64,000 nucleotides of DNA, from contig CAWJWJ010000002.1 in assembly GCA_963846575.1 (NCBI GenBank), positions 2,432,001 to 2,496,000 on the forward strand. Direction: 5' to 3'. Positions 58,254 through 64,000 of the stretch are shown piece by piece. Made by a program: the position numbers and the translations under genes. Each line of letters opens with the position of its first letter. The stretch's first letter is position 1. The DNA comes from an uncultured Nitrospiraceae bacterium. Its GTDB lineage: Bacteria; Nitrospirota; Nitrospiria; Nitrospirales; Nitrospiraceae. The notes under the pieces are model-generated. The model made no database searches. It was not told the origin of the DNA and saw only the letters and a list, made by a program, of their open reading frames with translations.

Positions 58254-59567
58254 TTAAGATGCCTTGGGCGGCTCTTTCCCTTCCTGCACCTGCGAGAGGT
58301 AATCTACAATTTTCTTCAATGCACCCGCGCTGAGCTTCTGGCCGAACACCTTGGGCATGGTGTTGTCCGGGAAGCCCTTTACAACATACGCGCTAGGCTC
58401 AATGATGGATTCCATGATGTAGTCAGGTACGCTTTTGGCCTTACCTTTGTATTCCTTATCCTTGATCCGAAGTGGCGCATTGGTTCCTTCAACCAGCTTC
58501 GGCCCGATCGTTCCAACCGCGCCTGCAATACCGGGTATGGTATGGCAAGCTACGCATTGACCTTTGGCAAAAATCTGGTCCACGGGTTCAGTTCCGTCTG
58601 CCATCAACGCGCTGGCGCCTGGCTTGGCATCACCCTCTGTTGGTGGCTTCGGGCGATCGGATTCTGGGATGAACTTCTCATACGACTTCACGATCTCATC
58701 GAAACTTGGCGCGTCACGTCCCTCACGGACATAAAGCCACGTGTCTACAGCCGCCAGTTCAGGTAAAGACAATGAAATTGGTGGCTTATGGATTGCCGGC
58801 ATCGGGCTTTCCTTATCGTTGGTGCCTTTGACTCCGTAACCAGCAACCACGAAACAGCTTGGACAGGCGTGTGACTCCGCAATATATTCCTGCGCATTTT
58901 CGGCGGTACCGGACCCAGGAAATGCCTCTTTTTGGTTCGAGTCACGAGCGGCAGGGTTTCCCTTGTGGTATCGGGGATCTTCAAGCTGTGTGGTAGCGCG
59001 CTCCGGAAGTCCATCTAAGTTTGGAGCTCGCTCACCCAACATACCTTTGTGAAACGCATGGCAAAGCGGACACTGTCCCTTACCGATCGCGCCCTGAACT
59101 TTATTCTGCCCAACGCCACCGAAGATGATTTTCTCGCCCTCATCCGCGAGTTCGGTCTGAGGCATATTGCTGAAATCTTTTTTCTCTTCAACGGGTGGGA
59201 ATCCACCTTCCACCTGAGGCAGCCAGTTACCATAGCCTGAGAGCGCTGCTGCGATGAAGAACATGAATCCACCGATTTTCAGGAGAGCGCTGATATTCGT
59301 AAAATAAAGCGCCATCATGAATGCCATTGAGGTGATCAAGACGAGAGAAACAGGCAACAGTCTTGATTCCGCGAAGAAGTTCATTTTGTAATTGGCAATG
59401 GCCATGAAGAGGAGCATAGCCCCAAGTATGCCGATAAATGTCTTGAAGACCGCGCGCTTATTGGCGACGGGGTCAGAAATCGAGGCTTTGAAGTAAAACA
59501 TTAGGGCAACGAGGATGCCCAGTGCAGGCCATCCCATTGCCAAGCCCGCTTGTATGAGTTCAATCAC
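58254..59567 (-). CDS. Membrane-bound diheme cytochrome c (about 4 TM helices plus two cytochrome c domains)
   Basis: GGAGG RBS, GTG start; CPLCH...SPMP and CVACH...NTMP. Confidence 0.87.
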   Translation of the reverse strand: MIELIQAGLAMGWPALGILVALMFYFKASISDPVANKRAVFKTFIGILGAMLLFMAIANYKMNFFAESRLLPVSLVLITSMAFMMALYFTNISALLKIGGFMFFIAAALSGYGNWLPQVEGGFPPVEEKKDFSNMPQTELADEGEKIIFGGVGQNKVQGAIGKGQCPLCHAFHKGMLGERAPNLDGLPERATTQLEDPRYHKGNPAARDSNQKEAFPGSGTAENAQEYIAESHACPSCFVVAGYGVKGTNDKESPMPAIHKPPISLSLPELAAVDTWLYVREGRDAPSFDEIVKSYEKFIPESDRPKPPTEGDAKPGASALMADGTEPVDQIFAKGQCVACHTIPGIAGAVGTIGPKLVEGTNAPLRIKDKEYKGKAKSVPDYIMESIIEPSAYVVKGFPDNTMPKVFGQKLSAGALKKIVDYLSQVQEGKEPPKAS

Positions 59568-59652
59568 AGCTCAAACCTCCTGCAGGAGGGGAAGTGCCGG
59601 GCTGCTTCAACAGCCCGGCTCCTTCCCACATTGTTCGTTTGATGCGTTCTGC

Positions 59653-61573
59653 TTAGTGACCAACCGCCGGAGCTGCTGCCCTTCCTGGCACAGCGGCTTT
59701 TGCATCGACGGGTGCCTTCTTGGCGGCAAGGGCACCTAACCAGAACACAAACATAATAGTCGTCCAAAAGAACAACACATTAAATGAAATCATGTTGGCA
59801 GCGAAACCCACCGTATGCGTGTACGCCCACGGGAGAATTGTCCCGCATGATTTCATTGACATGCCAGAATAAGCGAACCGATGACCGAATGTATCCCATC
59901 AGTCCCATCATCCAGGTAAAGGCCGTTGCCAACATAATGAGGGCATACTGAGACCGGGCGGATATTTTACCCCATTCAATCGGCCCCATCTGCTTCGCCC
60001 CTTTCATCATGACGCTGTTGAGCGCGAACATGAAGAACAGGCATGACAATGTAGTGGCCACCTGCGGCACGGACAATCCAACTCGGACGTTGGCTGGAAT
60101 GTAATAGCCGTAAATGGCGAGCAGGATGATGTTGAGATATGCGAAGAAGAAGAAACAGCCCATAAAGATGTTACCGAACTTGGACCACGACACCGTTGAA
60201 ACCTTGTTTCCTCGCATATACCACACGAAGCTTAAGACGGTGGTAGTAATAATCACGTTGATTCCACCGTTCTTGGCGGACATAACACCGTAGTTCCCTA
60301 AGACTGGATGTTGCTGCCCTCCCATCGCCTTCAACTCAGCTGGCGTCATAACGATCGTGTGCGGGGTGATAAAGACCAGGAATCCGCACGTAAGCAAGAA
60401 CACCAGATACTTAATGTAACGTTGATACTTCTCAGCCCCGCGCATTCGACCAAGCGCCTGCCAAAGGTAATAATTGGTGCTAAGAAAAAGGATGCCGATC
60501 ATGGTTGCCTGAATAATAAACAACCAGGCCAACAATCCTCCCATCAAGGTAATTCCCATTTGCTGCCGATAGGCATACACCTCGCGCATCAACCAGTACC
60601 CTGCGAAGGGAAGCGGTATTAGGAACGAAACCCCGAGGGCCATGGCGATATAGCCCATCCAGTCGTAATGAGCACGCTCCTCATCGGTCTTGGCTGACAG
60701 GAACCGGTATGCCGCATAAGCTGCGACGACACCGCCACCAAACGCCATGTTGCCGAGAATACGGTGCAGATTCAGCGGATTCCACAAGGCAGTATGGATG
60801 ACGTGCCAGATGTTACCGAGATAACGACCCTGCTCATCGACTCCCGCGGGTGACATCATGAAACCGATCCACGAGTTGGCGAGGAACATCAAGATCGTAC
60901 CAATGACATTCAAGACAACGGACATACTGAGGTGAATCCATTTCAGGAATCCCTCCTTCATCTTGTCCCAGCCATAATAATAAATGTAGAGCGTCCCACT
61001 CTCCGCCACGAACATCAAAGCATAGATGTGCATGACTGGCCTAAAGATGCTCGACAGATACTGGAAGAAGGCCGGATAGAGCGTCAGGAAGGTGAAGATC
61101 AGGATCCCCCCCAGAATGGCCGTCAAGGAGTACGCAGTCAAACTGATCTTGACGAAATCATACGCCAGCTGATCGTAACGCTTCGCCAAGGCCTTATCCT
61201 TACTCACGACCCCCATGAACTCGATGATCATACAGAAGATCGGCACGGCTAAAACGAAACTGCCGTAATAGAGATGCTGCTGGTTCGCGAACCACAGCAA
61301 AACCCGACTCTCGAAGTTATAGCGGGGGTAGTCCTTGTCACTATCGGTAGTCTTTGGAGCCGGAGGGCCCGAGACAATCCCTTCCGTCTTGTAATAAACA
61401 TCCTTGCCCTTTTCCACCTTTGCATCACCGCCCTCTTTTTTCACTTCAGCAGCCGGCGCGCCACCGTCGCCGGCAAGGGCAGGGATCGCAACCAGAATAG
61501 GCAGGAGGAGGAGGCCGATCATCGCGCCCAGCGCCATGATCGACATCAACTTCGTGCGGGTTACAGAGCCCAT
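59653..61573 (-). CDS. Cytochrome bd-like (CydA-like) membrane subunit; one +1 frameshift near 59831-59833
   Basis: QQHLYYGSF, FVAES, ANSWIGFMMSPAG, LNLHRILG align with the CydA core. Removing one C from TCTCCCGTGG restores RDNSPWAYTHTVG and a 639 aa protein. No cydB nearby. Confidence 0.85.
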
Positions 61574-61638
61574 GGGTTACCTCCTTGATACATCGCGTAT
61601 GTGAGCAACAACTTCAAAGCCTTGCCTCTCCCTAATGC

Positions 61639-61761
61639 CTACTTCCGCAGCAGATACCAAAAATCTAGCCCCTGCGCGTCCATCAGAAAGTGATCAACGG
61701 CTGCGAAAAATGAAACGCAGATCAACACTGAGACGACGAAATACACAATTGTTTGGCCCAT
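61639..61761 (-). CDS. Small single-TM protein, 40 aa: MGQTIVYFVVSVLICVSFFAAVDHFLMDAQGLDFWYLLRK
   Basis: Translated by hand, below the ORF-track cut-off. GAGGGGGG before ATG; 123 nt; one hydrophobic helix; immediately upstream of the CydA-like gene. Confidence 0.7.
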   Translation of the reverse strand: MGQTIVYFVVSVLICVSFFAAVDHFLMDAQGLDFWYLLRK

Positions 61762-61810
61762 CTCAAACCCCCCTCAACATGATAAACAATCAACCTGCCG
61801 GGATACGGGC

Positions 61811-61927
61811 TCAGCATGGGCACTGAACCCCACCGAACCAATAGAAAAACCAAATACTGACTGCACAGGTGATGTAGAAAATCATTTTCCCTATTTTAAT
61901 TTTGACGTCATCCTGAGCAGCTTCCAT
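61811..61927 (-). CDS. Small single-TM protein, 38 aa: MEAAQDDVKIKIGKMIFYITCAVSIWFFYWFGGVQCPC
   Basis: Translated by hand. GGGAG RBS before ATG; 117 nt; Lys-rich N-side, aromatic TM helix, C-terminal CPC. Confidence 0.7.
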   Translation of the reverse strand: MEAAQDDVKIKIGKMIFYITCAVSIWFFYWFGGVQCPC

Positions 61928-62055
61928 CGTGATTCTCCCAACGGTTTAAGTACGTATTTTAAATTGACACACCAACTACGCTGTGTTAATCAAAATCCCT
62001 CATTCACATGTTTTTAAACAGGAATTTTATGGCTAAAAACTCAAAAGTGTTCGAC

Positions 62056-62084
62056 ATTATAGTTTTGGCTGGAATGGTTGTCAA
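62056..62084 (-). promoter_or_regulatory. Perfect-consensus sigma70 promoter of the small ORF/CydA-like/cytochrome operon
   Basis: Minus strand TTGACA-ACCATTCCAGCCAAAAC (17 bp)-TATAAT. Confidence 0.85.
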
Positions 62085-62086
62085 TA

Positions 62087-63040
62087 TCATTTTGGCCGTG
62101 TTCCTAATCCTCTACTACTTTGATTTCCTATGATTTTCTTCGAATTTAGCGCGTCATCGGATATGCCGCGCTCAACCCGCGATTGCGCGCACCGGAAGCC
62201 AATGGTTTCATCACGAAAATCGAGCATCATTTTGCTGCGCGCGGTAATGCGCAGATCTGATCCGGCACTCGTGTATGCTGCTCCCCGCAAGACCTTGTAT
62301 GTGCCATATTCCGGGCTGGCTGAATTCCGCTCTTCGGATGCCGCATACGCATTCTCCTGATACCAATCGTCCACCCACTCCATCACATTGCCCGCGCCAT
62401 CCATCACTCCATAGGGACTTTCATCGCTCCGCACACTCCCGACAGGAGCAGCCACGTCAAAGCCGTCATCTACCCGAGCCCAGTTTGCGCCGTCTTGAAT
62501 CTCGACATTGCCCCACGGCCAAAGGCGCCCATCGGTCCCTCTCATAGCTTTCTCCCACTCTGCCTCGGAGGGCAATCGTCGGCCACGCCAAGCACAGTAG
62601 GCTTTTGCATCTTCCCACGATACGTAGACCACGGGTTGATTCACCCCTCGCATTCGGGCGGTATTCTTCGCGTACCGTGAGGGAGGCCCTGCCTTACGAT
62701 GGCCTGTGGCCTTCAGAAAGGCGGAGTATTGAGCGTTTGTCACTTCGTACCGATCGATGAAGAAACTATCGAGGTAGATTATCCGTTCAGGGCGCTCATC
62801 AAACCCTCCCCGACTTGTTCCACGCACGAAAGGCCCCGCAGGAATCTCCACAAGTTCCTCCTCGAGCGGTTCTTCGTCAGGTGACAGTTCAGCAGGTGGG
62901 TTCACGGCCACTTCGGCATTGTGAGGTGAATCCGCCTCAAAAGGCGTGGAGCTTGTTCCGCGGAGAATCGCTATGACAGGCAAACTGGCGGCGAAAAGCA
63001 CCACAAAGAGAAAGATAATTTTGAAGCGTGTTTCGAGCAT
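62087..63040 (-). CDS. Membrane-anchored FGE-sulfatase (SUMF1/NirV-like) domain protein
   Basis: N-terminal TM helix; IDRYEVTNAQY, PVVYVSWEDA, RLPSEAEWEKA, AGNVMEW, GFRCA. Confidence 0.9.
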   Translation of the reverse strand: MLETRFKIIFLFVVLFAASLPVIAILRGTSSTPFEADSPHNAEVAVNPPAELSPDEEPLEEELVEIPAGPFVRGTSRGGFDERPERIIYLDSFFIDRYEVTNAQYSAFLKATGHRKAGPPSRYAKNTARMRGVNQPVVYVSWEDAKAYCAWRGRRLPSEAEWEKAMRGTDGRLWPWGNVEIQDGANWARVDDGFDVAAPVGSVRSDESPYGVMDGAGNVMEWVDDWYQENAYAASEERNSASPEYGTYKVLRGAAYTSAGSDLRITARSKMMLDFRDETIGFRCAQSRVERGISDDALNSKKIIGNQSSRGLGTRPK

Positions 63041-63051
63041 GACCTGACCGA

Positions 63052-63966
63052 CTACTTGGCCGGCACATCGGCGTCAACGTCCTTGGCGCAGCGAAAACCC
63101 ACGGTGATATCGTGCCGCCATGGTTTGGCCTGAAACCTCTTTGACGAACGGACATTTCGCTTCGTTTCCCGCCAGGAACCACCGCGAATCACTCGTTGTT
63201 CCCCCTGATCAGGCCCCTTCGGATCACGGTAGGGGGATTTGCGATAGGCGTTTTCATCGTAAAAATCCGCGACCCATTCGCCAATGTTCCCCGTCATGTC
63301 ATAAATCCCATAGGGACTGCGGCCTGCGTCAAACGATCCGGGCGGCGCCAGGTAGCGGTAGCCATCCTCAGTACCGTCGATATTCGCATACCCCACCACG
63401 AAATCTTCACCCCATGGATATCGCCGCTTTCCCTCTCCACGGGCAGCCTTTTCCCACTCCGCTTCGGTCGGTAGTCGTTTCCCTGCCCATTTGCAGTAAG
63501 CTTCCGCGTCATCCCAGGTCACTGCAATCATCGGGTTTTCCGGCTTAAGCAGTTTGGCGGGATCATCTTCAAAGACTTCGATCTTACGCTTGATCCGCTT
63601 CGTCATTTTGGCAAAGCGTTCATACGCATCCTGCGTCACTTCATGCTTATCGAAGTAGTACGACTTCAAATAGGCTTGGTGCTCCGGTTTTTCGTCTGGA
63701 TCACTGTCGTTATCACGACTACCCATCACAAATGGACCCTCAGAGATTTGCACCATCTCACGCCCGTCATCGCCGACGAGGGTCTTATACATGGAGAAAT
63801 CCTGCGCCACAGGCGCTGCAACTGTCTTCGTCTCTGTCGTAATAGACATCGCCAACTGACGCATCTGCTTGGCCTTGTAGGACTCATAGACCAATGCTCC
63901 AATCATCAGGATGAACGATGCAAACACAAAGATAATCGACCCGATGAGTACGCCCCTGTTTTCCAT
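63052..63966 (-). CDS. Membrane-anchored FGE-sulfatase (SUMF1/NirV-like) domain protein
   Basis: N-terminal TM helix; FVMGS, HEVT, RLPTEAEWEKAARG, DMTGNIGEW, RGGSW, GFRCA. Confidence 0.9.
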   Translation of the reverse strand: MENRGVLIGSIIFVFASFILMIGALVYESYKAKQMRQLAMSITTETKTVAAPVAQDFSMYKTLVGDDGREMVQISEGPFVMGSRDNDSDPDEKPEHQAYLKSYYFDKHEVTQDAYERFAKMTKRIKRKIEVFEDDPAKLLKPENPMIAVTWDDAEAYCKWAGKRLPTEAEWEKAARGEGKRRYPWGEDFVVGYANIDGTEDGYRYLAPPGSFDAGRSPYGIYDMTGNIGEWVADFYDENAYRKSPYRDPKGPDQGEQRVIRGGSWRETKRNVRSSKRFQAKPWRHDITVGFRCAKDVDADVPAK

Positions 63967-64000
63967 TAGCTATTCACGCCTCACGATTTGGTGACGGTAG

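Noticed and set aside
58851..58872. HACPSCF as a possible non-canonical third heme site in the diheme cytochrome
   Set aside because: There is no His after CxxC. The segment aligns with the structural motif YIMESIIEPSAYVVKG of the second domain, so a disulfide is more likely.
61635..61826. 63 aa plus-strand ORF in the track upstream of the CydA-like gene
   Set aside because: It is antisense to two better-supported minus-strand small ORFs that have RBSs and TM character.
63970..64000. Possible 3' end of another minus-strand gene at the window edge
   Set aside because: Only about 10 codons are visible and the frame is ambiguous.
1..64000. CRISPR arrays, tRNA/rRNA, IS elements, prophage or defence systems
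   Set aside because: I found no repeat-spacer periodicity, cloverleaf, transposase/integrase or phage genes by eye. tRNAscan-SE and Infernal were not run, so small ncRNAs cannot be excluded.

Overview
This window comes from a Nitrospira-like nitrite oxidiser and covers its core energy-metabolism region. The lineage is inferred from a periplasmic, Tat-exported NxrA of the Nitrospira/anammox type, a Pup gene, and a CydA-like protein without CydB. In order it holds: a partial HisKA_3 kinase with a NarL-family regulator; a CzcCBA/CusCBA-type RND metal efflux system; a ChaA-type Ca2+/H+ antiporter; a sigma54 activator followed by nxrA-nxrB; a Fur-boxed Bfd-like ferredoxin; a WrbA-like flavoprotein; DUF192; an MscS-cNMP channel; rel; recJ; an orphan pup; and a K+-independent H+-PPase. 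A ~14 kb minus-strand NXR accessory cluster follows: two pentaheme cytochromes c, a PDZ protein, two NxrC-like EB_dh proteins, an NHL protein, TatA, a TPR protein, a membrane protein, a B12 radical SAM enzyme, a TorD-like chaperone, a NapF-like ferredoxin and an HExxH protein. Next come a WD40 protein, a PAS kinase with an apparently ATPase-dead Cys-rich NtrC-like regulator, secF/secD/yajC/tgt/argS, a frameshifted GT9 gene and mobA. The window ends with a respiratory operon (CydA-like protein plus three membrane cytochromes c, one fused to an NxrC-like domain) and two FGE-like proteins. Reading the raw sequence added two 38-40 aa single-TM ORFs, absent from the ORF track, at the head of the CydA-like operon under a perfect sigma70 consensus promoter. 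It also showed a readable UAS/IHF/sigma54 architecture upstream of nxrA, and four single-base insertions in three genes that are probably assembly errors. I saw no rRNA, tRNA, CRISPR array or mobile element. All calls rest on motif recognition by eye; no database searches were run.
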